From Paraspadella gotoi (lineage: Eukaryota; Animalia; Chaetognatha), in NCBI GenBank assembly GCA_051294375.1, contig JBJCIZ010000016.1:1-64000 (forward strand): DNA of 64,000 nucleotides. Reading direction: 5' to 3'. The notes beneath the pieces were generated by a model, which worked only from the letters and a program-made list of their open reading frames with translations, was not told the origin of the DNA and did no database searches. This document shows, piece after piece, positions 11,353 to 24,099 of the stretch (positions are counted from its first letter, which is position 1; each line of letters begins with the position of its first letter). Position numbers and translations under genes: made by a program.

Positions 11353-13508
11353 TTATATGACATCAATACCTATTTCTATTACCCCAAATACATTATTACC
11401 ATAAAAATCGTTTGCTTTTTTTAAATACGAACCTAAAAAAATGATATCTTCGTCAGTTTCGCTGCTGTTATCCCGTGAAGGTTCCTGCTTCACCAAGGTC
11501 ACCCATTCCTTTGGGTTTGCCCTGACAGGAAGTACGATGGGAACAATGTCTTGCTCTGCAACCTGAACACCCATTTGCCGTCAACATCCTCCTCCACAAC
11601 TTCGACGCCTTCCTTCCCTATCTTTGGACTGACTGCCGCATTCCTCCATCTCCGCTTGGTCCACCGCAATCCGTCGCACAAGTCGCTCCGCCGCCGTCCG
11701 CCAAAGGCCTCCTCCGCCGACCGCCAAAACCTCCTCGCCGCCCGCCAAAGCCTGGTCGCCGCCCGCCAAAGCCTTCGTCGCCGCCTTGCCAAAGCCTCGT
11801 CGCCGCCCGCCCAAAGCCTCGTGCCGCCCGCCAAAGCCTTCGTCCGCCGCCAAGCCCTCCGCCGCCAAAGCCTCGTCCGCCGCCCGCCAAAGCTTCCTCG
11901 CCCCCGCCAAAGCTCCTCGCCGCCGCCAAAGCCTCGTCGGGCCGCCCGCCAAAGCCTCGTCGCCGCCCGCCAAAGCCTCGTCGCCGCCCGCAAAACCTCC
12001 TGGTCGCCGCCCACCAAAAGCCTCGTCGCCGCCCGCCAAAGCCTCGTCCCGCCGCCAAAGCTCGTCGCCGCCGCCAAAGCCTCGTCGCCGCCGCGCAAAG
12101 CTTCGTCGCCGCCCGCCAAAGCTTCCTCGCCGCCCGCCAAAGCCTCCTCGCCGCCGCCCAAGCCTCCTCGCCGCCCGCCAAAAGCCTCCTCGCCGCCCGC
12201 CAAAGCCCCTCGCGCCCGCCCAAAGCCTCCTCGCCGCCGCCAAAGCCTCCTTGCTCCCGCCGATCCTTTCCGTTGCCGTCACCCGCTGTTCGACGCCCTC
12301 TGCCTGTCCATCCCTCCGTCGCCTGTCCATCTTCCATCTCCCTTCTGCCAGCGTTTCCCGTCTGTTTGCCAATCTCCATCGCACCATCTGCCTTTCCGCT
12401 TTCCTCCATGTTTCATTGCTTTTCCATCATCCTCTTTCATCAGTCCACCGCCTTTCATTATCGACGCCGCTTCTCCTCCACCCTCGACCGCCATCACCAT
12501 CGACCTGCCCCTCTCCTTCTGGCTGTCGTTGTCTTCAATTGATGCTAACTGCCCGTCATTCTCCTTCATTGCAGGACCGGCACCGTCGTCTTCATCGTAG
12601 AAAATTATCGGACGTTTACGAGGACGTCCTCGACGTTTAGGCTCTGGTGTTTCAGAAAAAAAATTATTACAAGTTTTATTTAGCAAAAATACTCACGAAA
12701 TTCAATTTTAGAGAAAAAATTTTTTATGTCACAAACAACATTTTTTTAAAACAATGATTGAGTCCATCATTTGCGCAACCATGAAGTCAAAACATGTCTG
12801 TTTTTTGAGACTAAAAAAAAATGTTTGTTGTGAAACAATAAAAACTTTTTCTCTAAATTTTGAATGCAACAAAAAGAGAGCCAAAATACAAAGTCTTAAA
12901 AGAATTAACATGAAATGAAAAATAAATAAACTTTTAATTTTTTTAATATTCAAAAGTATTCAATTATTATTCTTTCTATTTCATGAATTTATTGTTCATA
13001 ATTTTAATAATAATAAATGGAGAAGGTGAAGAATTGTAACCGATGTAAGGATGTAACAGACCATGACATGACTTACAATAACTTTTTTAGCCTGTGTATT
13101 TATGACACGCAATGCATTAGAATTCCGTCGTTTATTCTTTTTAGTTTGAGGATTTCTGTTCTTTAAAAAGGCAACTGACTGACCGACCGAAAATTAACTT
13201 AAAGTTGCTCGCGAGTATTTGCGGCAAAACAAACGGTTTTAGAAATAATACCTAACTAACCTGCAGCTAGTTGAGTTTTCTCAACATTCCTCTTCCTCAT
13301 CTTCACAAATAACTAGTTTATCCTCGTCACTATCGTCTTTGGAAGAAAGACTTGAAGTTGCCTAAAAGAAAGGATAAGATTAAATTAGAAATGATATTCA
13401 AATTCAAATTTTAAAATTTTTATTAAATATTTACTTTCGGAGGTGATCCTCCAAAGGACGTGGCTTTGTAGCTCGTTTCTTTCCGATAGGGTTTCCTCTC
13501 AGGTTCAA
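11353..13508 (-). pseudogene. Duplicated 3' exons of the AT-hook gene with expanded 21-bp GC-rich minisatellite (~27 units), frameshifted
   Basis: Same exons as 18104-16423, with many single-base indels. The overlapping GC-rich ORFs in the track come from the CCTCCTCGCCGCCCGCCAAAG repeat. Confidence 0.7.
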
Positions 13509-13619
13509 CTAAAAAAAATTTTTTAAAAATAATCAATATTACCACCGTCTTTATATTTCATTATTTTTAGGAAAGTAACCTAAATGTTATACATATATTT
13601 CAATATATACATATTCTTA

Positions 13620-13962
13620 ACAATTTTTAGTTAAAACCATTTCAATTTCCTATTCACAACTAAAATCTCTATTAGTCCTCATTCTTAACCTGTCTCACCA
13701 CTTGACCACTATTCTTTTTCTCAACTCTGTGTTGGGAAACTTTGCCCTGTCTCTCTCTTCTCTCTCTCCCTCTCTCCCTTCTTTCACACAAAAAACTGTC
13801 CAAAATTCACAAATTGTTTGACGCTGAGAAGGCTTGCAACTAAAAGCCGAAACATGTCCGTTTTTTCTATGAAAAAAAAAAAAAAAAAAAATTCCGTTGT
13901 TTAAACAAAAACCATTTTGCCCTCAATACATAGACCAACGAAAAGAAAGGTTATTACCAATA
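13620..13962 (+). mobile_element. PLE pLTR with hammerhead (duplicate of 18215-18550)
   Basis: CTGAGA-A-GGCTT..AAGCC-GAAA-CATGTC at 13824-13858. Conserved pLTR block CTCAACTCTGTGTTGG(G)AAACTTTGCCC. Confidence 0.7.
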
Positions 13963-16422
13963 TAGTTAAATATAAAAAAATATGACTGAGCAAACAATAC
14001 CGGATCTTGCTCACGATTTATTAGCGTTTAGGAGCTGATCGGTTTATTTATAATTATTTATTTAATTACTTTTCATTAAAGCAGCTTAATTGCTGATTAA
14101 TTAATTAATTATTTAATTGTTGTAGTCGCTTCAGCTAGAAAAGTAAAAAAAACGAGAGAAAAGAACGGGCTTTTTTTTAATTCAAACTCATTTCCGGTTG
14201 AAACAATTCCATCAAATTTTGATTCGAACATCAGAAGTATTGGCATTCAAAGCTAAGAGGGATCATACTGCCTGATTTTCTAAAAAAAACCTCCAGGTTA
14301 ACGCCCTGCTCCTTCCTCTCTCCCTATCTTCATACACACATCCTGATCTTCTAAAAAAACTCCAGTTAACGCCCTGCTCCTACCTCTCCTCTCCCTTAAT
14401 TTAAAAAATTTTAAAAATTAAAAAAAACCCATTGATTTTTACCAGCGGTGATAAACCTGGTTAAATGAGTGACAAAGAGAAAAAATGTTTTTGTCCATTT
14501 TTTTCAATAGAAAATACATAAACTATGTTAAAGAAAAATTATATAACATATACATATAAAAAAATGACACTTGTCCTTATACACATATCCAAGGGGAAAC
14601 AATCAGCTTACGATCGCCGTATCATTTTATGCAATTGACCATAGTATAAAAAATGGCAGTTGGTCAAAGAAAAATAATTTATTTTAGAGGAGTAAAGAAA
14701 AAGTCAAAAGAAAAGAAAAAGATTACGAATTTTTAACGATATTTTCTGGTCAAAAGCACGCAAGACCATCTACTTATCAGTTAACCTTACAAAATCGAAA
14801 TCGATGACATGACTTCTTTTGCTTTATCTTGAAATTTTTTTCTCCTGGAGGTCTGAGCACCGTGGGGATGGACAGACATTTCGTTTTTTTTACCGGACAA
14901 GATTGTATTGGTGGACCGACGGACCAACAAAGTGAACAGCCAGAATCTGCTATAAGCAGATCCGGTTTAAAAATATTGATTTGAATTATAAAAACATGAT
15001 TTTAATTAAAAAAATATTAAAACCATAAAATATGATTCTAATTATTTTTACGTTCACATTTTTATGATTCAAATTATATTTTAATCTCTCTCTTTAATAA
15101 GTAAATAATAATAAGTAAATAATAATAAGTAAATGATAATAATAATAATAAATAATAATAATAAATAATAATATTAAATAAATAATTAAACAAAGTAATT
15201 AAACAAAGTAATTAAATAAATTAATAAATAATAAATAATTAATAAATTAATAAATAAAAGTAAATGAATAAATAATTATTTAAATGAATAAATAAATAGA
15301 GAGAGAAGAACGGGAAGAAACAACAATAGTAACATGATAACAGACGCGACTGCGATCCCTAATATGAGTTCAATCCTTGGACAATTTTTTTTTAATAAAA
15401 ACGAAAAGAAAGCAAGATAGAGAGAGAGAGAGAGAGAGAGCGAAGCCAAATCGTTTTCGGATGAATCAGCAGAATCAGAGACTGGGGAAAAGAGAGAGAG
15501 CGAGCTACATATAATTAAAAAGAGAAAAGAGAGAGAAGGAGACACAAAAATAAAAATCCAAAGGCAGCAGCAGAATCATCAGGAGAAAAGAGAGAAAAAG
15601 AAAGAAAACCCCTGCAGAGCTTAAATCGCAGCTGCAGATTCTTTTTTTTCCCTTTGAATCAATAATAGTAAATTTATATAACAATAATATTAAAAATAAA
15701 ATTAATATAATATTAATATTGGTAATAGTATTAACAAGAATTTATTATAATATTAAAAATAAAAATAGAATTCAAATCATAAAAATATGATTCGAATCAT
15801 AAAAATATGATTCGAATCATAAAAATATGATTCGAATCATAAAAATATGATTCGAATCATAAAAATATGATTCGAATTATAAAAATATTATTCGAATTAT
15901 AAAAATATGATTCAAATCATAAAAATATGATTCAAATCATATAAATATGATTCAAATCAGATAAATATGATTCAAATCATAAAAATATGATTCAAATCAT
16001 AAAAATATGATTCAAATCATATAAATATGATTCAAATCATAAAAATATGATTCTGACCATATTTTTAGATATTTTATAGATAAAAATCATACTTTTATGA
16101 TTCGAATCTTATTTTTATGATGTAAAACTAAAAATCATTACAATATATAGTATTAGAAAATCTCGACTACTATTCCTAAAAATACCTATGATTATATGTT
16201 TGTAATTATTGGTTCTATTTCAAATTTTTATGATTATAAGCTTTAACTCATTTATGGTCCTATAATTTGAATCATATCTTTTTTTACTGTATTCAATTCT
16301 TATAATATTTTATACTTAACTAAATAAATTTTTGGAATGATATTGCATTTAAAATTCAGAAAGATAATATTAATTATTTAATTATGACATCAATACCTAT
16401 TTCTATTACCCCAAATACATTA

Positions 16423-19400
16423 TTACCATAAAAATCGTTTTGCTTTTTTTAAATACGAACCTAAAAAAATGATATCTTCGTCAGTTTCGCTGCTGTTATC
16501 CCGTGAAGGTCCTGCTTCACCAAGGTCACCCATTCCTTTGGAGTTTGCCCTGACAGGAAGTACGATGGGAACAATGTCTTGCTCTGCAACCTGAACACCC
16601 ATTTGACCGTCAACATCCTCCTCCACAACTTCGACGCCTTCTTCCCTATCTTTGGACTGACTGCCGCATTCCTCCATCTCCGCCTGTCCACCGCAATCCG
16701 TCGCACAAGTCGCTCCGCCGCCGTCCGCCAAAGCCTCCTCGCCGCCCGCCAAAACCTCCTCGCCGCCCGCCAAAGCCTCCTCGCCGCCCGCCAAAGCCTC
16801 CTCGCCGCCCGCCAAAGCCTCCTCGCCGCCCGCCAAAGCCTCCTTGCTGCCCGCCGATTCCTTTCCGTTGCCGTCACCCGCCTGTTCGACGCCCTCTGCC
16901 TGTCCATCCTCCGTCGCCTGTCCATCTTCCATCTCCCTTCTGCCAGCGTTTCCCGTCTGTTTGCCAATCTCCATCGCACCATCTGCCTTTCCGCTTTCCT
17001 CCATCGTTTCCATTGCTTTTCCATCATCCTCTTTCATCAGTCCACCGCCTTTCATTATCGACGCCGCTTCTCCTCCACCCTCGACCGCCATCACCATCGA
17101 CCTGCCCCTCTCCTTCTGGCTGTCGTTGTCTTCAATTGATGCTAACTGCCCGTCATTCTCCTTCATTGCAGGACCGGCACCGTCGTCTTCATCGTAGAAA
17201 ATTATCGGACGTTTACGAGGACGTCCTCGACGTTTAGGCTCTGGTGTTTCAGAAAAAAAATTATTACAAGTTTATTTAGCAAAAATACTCACGAAATTCA
17301 ATTTTTAGAGAAAAAGTTTTTATTGTTCACAAACAAACATTTTTTTAAACAATGATTGAGTCCATCATTTGCGCAACCATGAAGTCAAAACATGTCTGTT
17401 TTTTGAGACTAAAAAAAATGTTTGTTTGTGAACAATAAAAACTTTTTCTCTAAATTTTGAATGCAACAAAAAGAGAGCCAAAATACAAAGTCTTAAAATG
17501 AATTAACATGAAATGAAAATAAATTAAACTTTTAATTTTTTTAATATTCAAAAGTATTCAATTATTATTCTTTCTATTTCATGAATTTATTGTTCATAAT
17601 TTTAATAATAATAATAAAAGTGAGAAGGTGAAGAATTGTAACGATGTAAGATGTAACAAGACATGACATGACTACAATAACTTTTTTAGCCTGTGTATTT
17701 ATGACACGCAATGCATTAGAATTCCGTCGTTTATTCTTTTTAGTTTGAGGATTTCTGTCTTAAAAAGGCAACTGACTGACCGACCGAAAATTAACTTAAA
17801 GTTGCTCCGCGAGTATTTGCGGCAAAACAAACGGTTTTAGAAATAATACATAACTAACCTGCAGCTAGTTGAGTTTTCTCAACATTCCTCTTCTCATCTT
17901 CACAAATAACTAAATTATCCTCGTCACTATCGTCTTTGGAAGAAAGACTTGAAGTTGCCTAAAAGAAAGGATAAGATTAAATTAGAAATGATATTCAAAT
18001 TCAAATTTAAAATTTTTATTAAATATTTACTTTCGGAGGTGATCCTCCAAAGGACGTGGCTTTGTAGCTCGTTCTTTTCCGATAGGGTTTCCTCTCAGGT
18101 TCAACTAAAAAAAATTTTTTAAAAATAATCAATATTACACCCGTCTTTTATTTCATTATTTTTAGGAAAAGTAACCTAAATTATACATATATTTCAATAT
18201 ATATATATTCTAACAATTTTTAGTTAAACCATTTCATTTCCTATTCACAACTAAAATCTCTATTAGTCCTCATTCTTAACCTGTCCTCACCACTTGACCA
18301 CTATTCTTTTCTCAACTCTGTGTTGGAAACTTTGCCCTGTCTCTCTCTCTCTCTCTCCCTCTCTCCCTTCTTTCACACAAAAAACTGTCCAAAATTCACA
18401 AATTGTTTGACGCTGAAGAAGGCTTGCAACTAAAGCCGAAACATGTCCGTTTTTTTCTATGAAAAAAAAAAAAAAAAAATTCGTTGTAAAACAAAAACCA
18501 TTTTGCCTCAATACATAGACCAACGAAAAGAAAGGTTATTACCAATATAGTTAAATATAAAAATATGACTGAGCAAACAATACCGGATCTGCTCACGATT
18601 ATTAGCGTTTAGGAGCTGATCGGTTTATTAATTAATTATTTATTTAATTACTTTTCATTAAAGCAGCTTAATTGCTGATTAATTAATTAATTATTTAATT
18701 GTTGTAGTCGCTTCAGCTAGAAAAGTAAAAAAAACAGAGAAACGGGCTTTTTTTAATTCAAACTCATTTCCGGTTGAACAATTCCATCAAATTTTGATTT
18801 CGAACATCAGAAGTAATTGGCATTCAAAGCTAAGAGGGGATCACACTGCCTGATTTTCTAAAAAAAACCTCCAGGTTAACGCCCTGCTCCTTCCTCTCTC
18901 CCTATCTCATACACACATCCTGATCTTCTAAAAAAACCTCCAGGTTAACGCCCTGCTCCTTCCTCTCTCTCCCTTAATTTAAAAAATTTTAAAAATTAAA
19001 AAAAAACCCATTGATTTTACCAGCGGTGATAAACCTGGTTAAATGAGTGACAAAGTAAAAAAAATGTTTTTGTCATTTTTTTCAATAGAAAATACATAAA
19101 CTATGTTAAAGAAAAATTATATAACATTATACATATAAAAAAATGACACTTGTCCTTATACACATATCCAAGGGGAAACAATCAGCTTACGATCGCCGTA
19201 TCATTTTATGCAATTGACCATAGTATAAGAAAATGGCAGTTGGTCAAAGAAAAAAATAATTTATTTTAGAGGAGTAAAAGAAAAGTCAAAAGAAAAGAAC
19301 AAAAGATTACGAATTTTAACGATATTTTCTGGTCAAAAGCACGCAAGACCATCTACTTATCAGTTAACCTTACAAAATCGAAATCGATGACATGACTTCT

Positions 19401-21775
19401 TTTGCTTTATCTTGAAATTTTTTTCTCCTGGAGGTCTGAGGCACCGTGGGGATGGACAGACATCGTTTTTTTACCGACAAGATTGTATTGGTGGACCGAC
19501 GGACCAACAAAGTGAACAGCCAGAATCTGCTATAAGCAGATCCGGTTAAAAATATGATTTGAATTATAAAAACATGATTTTAATAAAAAAATATAAAACC
19601 ATAAAAATATGATTCTAATTATTTTACGATTCACATTTTTATGATTCAAATTATATTTTTATGATTCGAATCATAAAAATATGATTCGAATCATAAAAAT
19701 ATGATTCGAATCATAAAAATATGATTTGAATCATAAAATTATGATTCGAATCATAAAATTTAGATTCGAATCATAAAATTTAGATTCGAATCATAAAATT
19801 TAGATTCGAATCATAAAAATATCTTTCACACCTTTTATCTCAAATTTTAATATATTAACAATTACTTTGATATCGTTTGAATATATAGAATAATAATTTA
19901 TAAGGAATAATTATATTTTTTCTTTTCAAACCTGTTCAAAATATATTTCTGAAACAAATTTATATCATTATTATAGGTCTTTTTTAAGTAATTTTTTTCA
20001 CATTTTTTCAGAACAAATCATATCTTAATCGTTCAAATGATATCATGATTCAAATCATATTTTCTCGTTTTGAACCATATTTTGCTATTTTTTAACCAAA
20101 ATATTGTTAAAATATATAATATTATACTTAATTAAAACTAAAGTTATCTATATTATCATTCCTCCAAATACTTTTTAATATTTTTAAACAGAAATTTGAA
20201 CATCAATATAAGCACTGACCTGTGGATGAAATAAATTTTGCTTTTTTGATTTTGGCTCTGTCAGCCGTATCCAAACGAGAAAACGAGAAATCATCAACTA
20301 AAAAAAATTTAAGTTTAAAAACAAAATTTCAATAACTAATTATTAATATTTTTTACTATTTATATGGTTAACACTATTCATTTATATAACATAACATAAT
20401 TTAACTTAATAACACTATTTTCTTACCTTTCGAAAGAGGGATGTGTGGGAGGAAACTACGAGAAATCGTCTCATATTTGTCCGCCCACTTTGAACTTAGG
20501 AGAGTTGCTAAAGCGGTGTTTAATGCAACGTCTCCCTGTATACGGAAGTCGTTCCAATTCTTGATGACTCGTTTAAGCGTCGTAAGAGATCTAAAAATTA
20601 AAAAAAATAAATTCAAAATATTAAAAATATCAACATATGGAGAATCCAGTATAACCATTCTCACCCCATACATTGTAGGGCCTACAATATTCACAAATAT
20701 GCTTAAAGTAAACAATATTAAAATATAACTATTGCAATCTTAAAATATATTGTACTAAGTAAAAAAGTTTTTCTTTAACAAAAACTATTAACTTAATAAA
20801 ATTCTTATTATATATTTGAATATTTCAAAAATTTTTTTTTAAAGATATGGTAAAACAAATAATCTTTTAAATTTCATACCATATTTATTAACTTACTCTT
20901 CAAGTTTCCGCAAAATTGTTTCTTGTTCCGTTGGTAAAAATTTAGTGGACGACTTGGGGCAAGGCAATCGTGAAAATAACTTTATTGTTTCTTCAGCTTG
21001 TGAAGATATGGTTCCCAGCAGCTGACGAATCATCCTCCCGTCACTCTCCTTCTGCTTTAACATCTTGTCTGAAAATGTATGAATAGTTTATTAGAAGAAT
21101 ATATGTAAATCTTTTTAGGATATTAATAAAAAAATTTAAAATAATGTGTAAAAAATTAAATATCAAAGTTACTTTCATAAAAAATAATTTGGGTTAATTT
21201 TACTTTCGCTGATCGGTGTAAGGGGGGGTTTAGGTTTAAGGTTAACAGGGTTTAGGTATAGGTAATTAGGTAATAATTTTTAATTTTTTTTTAAATAAGT
21301 ATTTTTAAGTTATTTTTCAAAAGACGCCAAAAATCTGGTCGGCGAAAGTAAAATTTTACCAATAATTTTTCCTAAATGGGGAGATAGAAGAGAGCAAAAA
21401 AGAAGGTGAAAGAATTTTTATAAATTTTACAAAAAATTATTATTCACTGAAGTACATAAAATAAAAATAAAATAATAATTTGTCCATTTTTAAGAAAATT
21501 AGAAAAACCAATATAAGTATATCAAAATTTTAAATTCAGTCAGTGAAGGTGTCATGCTACAATCCTACTACACAACAAAAATAAAGTTTATAACATAATG
21601 CTATTTTTATACAAAACTTACTGCGACATTCCAGCATTGAGTAATGAGCCTTTTTGAATCTCGGAGCGCATTCGGATTTGTTGTGAAAGTTTGAACATGC
21701 CGACTTAGCTTCATCCACCAAATTGTTTGCATGGACATTAAAATCCTTCTTTAAATTGTCAAAAATTGTCTCCAT
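16423..21775 (-). CDS. ~519-aa AT-hook / acidic low-complexity protein (7 exons: 21775-21622, 21068-20897, 20590-20427, 20297-20220, 18104-18031, 17958-17859, 17240-16423)
   Basis: All six introns are GT-AG and phase-consistent, total 1560 nt. AT-hook PKRRGRPRKRP, (EEALAGG)n repeat, SIM-like DEDNLVICED and DEDIIFL. No recognisable catalytic domain. Confidence 0.7.
18215..18550 (+). mobile_element. PLE pLTR with hammerhead, intronic
   Basis: GACG-CTGAAGA-A-GGCTT-GCAACTA-AAGCC-GAAA-CATG-TC-CGTT at 18409-18451, with stem I GACG/CGTT. Confidence 0.8.
21191..21360. mobile_element. Short TIR MITE (Merlin/hAT-like) containing degenerate TTAGGG-like repeats
   Basis: TIR GGTTAATTTTACTTTCGC / GCGAAAGTAAAATTTTACC, 8-bp TSD AATAATTT. 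Related copies at ~50015-50195 and ~60645-60787. Confidence 0.75.
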
Positions 21776-22319
21776 GATAAAAATACCTATGCTATAAAAA
21801 CGATAAAAATTTTGTATAATTTTGTAAATTCGATATCAATTCAAAGATCAAAACAAAGCTTGTATAAATAACTTTTTGTAAAATAAATTTTTTTTACTAT
21901 GTTAACTTAACCTTCTCAAATACTAACGAACATAAATGTGACCAAACTTTAAACTGCTTTACTTTCTATTTTCAAGTAAATACAACATTCAAAAAACATT
22001 TTGTAAAACAAAAATGCAATATATTTCAACGACTTTTCGATCCAATTTTTATTAATCTAGCATTCGGAAAAACAGGTATAACGCATTGCAAACAACTTCA
22101 ATATTTCTAAACTAAAAATCATAGAATTTGAAAAAAAAATTAGTAACATTAAAAATTTTACGAGTATATAAAAGCTACTACGATTTTAAAAATAATAACA
22201 AAAAGTAAAAAAAATAAATAATGCTTTACAATATTTAAAGTTAAAAATTTTAGAAGATAAAATAAATTAAATGTGAGAGGTAAAATGTAAAAGAATATAA
22301 AGTTTAAATATCATTAAGA

Positions 22320-22975
22320 TTGTACTAAGAAAATTTGTACTAAGAAAATTTGTACTAAGAAAATTTGTACTAAGAAAATTTGTACTAAGTTAAATATAAA
22401 ATTTCATGAGTGTGTTCAAACGATTTTAATTAAAACTAAACTTGTATGAAGAAAATTTGTACAAAGAAAATAAAAAATCTTAAGGCATAAGGATCGTCGC
22501 AATCGCATAAGAAAAATCTGGATTGATGACAAATTTTGATACCAAAAAAAATGAAAATTGAGAAAAGAAAATTAATTTATAAACAGAAAGAAAAAGAAGA
22601 AAAGAATAAATATAAAGAAAGAATAGAAAGGAAGAAAGAATAAAGGAAGAAAGAATAAAGGAAGAAAGAATAGAAAGGAAAGAAAAAATAGAAAGGAAAG
22701 AAAAAATAAAAAGGAAAGAAAAAATAAAAAGGAAAAAAAGAATAGAAAGGAAAGAAAGAATAGAAAGGAAAGAAAGAATAGAAAGGAAAGAAAGAATAGA
22801 AAGGAAAGAAAGAATAGAAAGGAAAGAAAGAATAGAAAGGAAAGAAAGAATAGAAAGGAAAGAAAGAATAGAAAGGAAAGAAAGAATAGAAAAGAATGAA
22901 AGAATAGAAATAATAGAAAGGAAAAATAGAAAGGAAAAAAAGAATAGAAAGGAAAGAAAGAAAAATAAAAATAAA
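22320..22975. repeat. 15-bp (AAAATTTGTACTAAG) and 18-bp purine (AAAGAATAGAAAGGAAAG) minisatellites
   Basis: Direct tandem repeats at 22320-22390 and 22600-22975. Confidence 0.9.
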
Positions 22976-23062
22976 GAACGAAATAAAAACCCGATGTTGC
23001 GATAGCAAAATGATAACATGCACGAATGCGATGCCTAATCTTACGAGTTCAATCCTAATTAA

Positions 23063-23640
23063 CGGTAGCCGACCAAATTCAAATTTTAATGAGAACAGTA
23101 TTAAACTAATCCATTATTGCTATTAATTATTGTATTAAAATATTTTTTTGCAAAAATGTTCTAAACCATGAGTAATTCGCTAATTAATATTATTATATTG
23201 CTATATAATGTCAAAAAATTTTTTTGGATATTTTAAGTTTTTTTAATTGATTCTGATAGAGCTTAAAAAGTTAAGCAAAAAATATAATAACGTTTTAAAA
23301 TTTTGATATTTTATTACTAAAAATTAGTAAAAACTGTTAAAATCATGATTTTTTAAGGTTTTTCCCAATTTTGACCAAAATATTGAAAAAAGAATTATAC
23401 TTTGTGTAGACAACTGTTTATAAGCTATCTGAATCTGCTTATAAAAATACAAATTTAAAAAAAAAATTTTGACATTTCCTATCTATAAATAAATATTTAA
23501 AAAATTAATTACTAATGCTTCTAGCCATTTTAGAAAATTTTGATCCATTGAAAGTTTTCTCAGAAATGTATGAAGTTTCATTTGGAAAGATTCCCAAATC
23601 AAACTTCTGACCCACCCCATTGACAAAGTTTGGCTCTATC
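23063..23640. mobile_element. hAT-like MITE
   Basis: 8-bp TSD CTAATTAA. The empty site is visible in the paralogous sequence at ~10310-10350. Imperfect TIRs. Confidence 0.75.
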
Positions 23641-24099
23641 CTAATTAAATTTTTTTAAAATAAAAACGCAGAGAGAGAGAGAGAAAAAGAGAGAGAGAGC
23701 GCGAAGCCAAATAGTTTTCGGACAAATCAGCAGAGGCAGCAGCACAGGCAGCCAGAAAAGAAAGAAAAAGAAATCCCGCCACTGCAGACTCGTTTTTTTT
23801 CGATGAAGCATAAAAAGCAGTGACTGGGGAAAAGAGAGAGAGCGAGCTACATATAATTAAAAAAGAAAAGAGAGAGAGAGAAAGAAACAAAAATAAAAGT
23901 AGAGCAAATTTGTTTGTTTTGATAAAATGTAAACAAAACATATTTAATAACTGTCCTCACCCAATTTTAGGGACCTCGATGATGAGAAGCTGTATATAAA
24001 TTTTCAGCATCATACTATGAAATTTAATCATGAAAAAGGCGATCGATAAGTTAAAACGCCGACGACACAGACGACAACGACGACGACGACGCCACTTAA

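Larger units (their letters stand above)
9770..19640. repeat. ~5-kb tandem duplication (copy 1 ~9770-15083, copy 2 ~15095-19640)
   Basis: Colinear near-identical sequence including satellite, gene 3' exons, PLE and DINE-like element. Differences are mostly 1-nt indels plus minisatellite copy number. Confidence 0.9.

Noticed and set aside
11499-12640. Multiple long overlapping ORFs on both strands
   Set aside because: They arise from a stop-free GC-rich 21-bp minisatellite with indels. Only the minus-strand EEALAGG frame joins a spliced gene.
22480-23023. Hydrophobic ORFs (LSILSF)n / (FFPFYS)n
   Set aside because: Translations of an 18-bp purine minisatellite.
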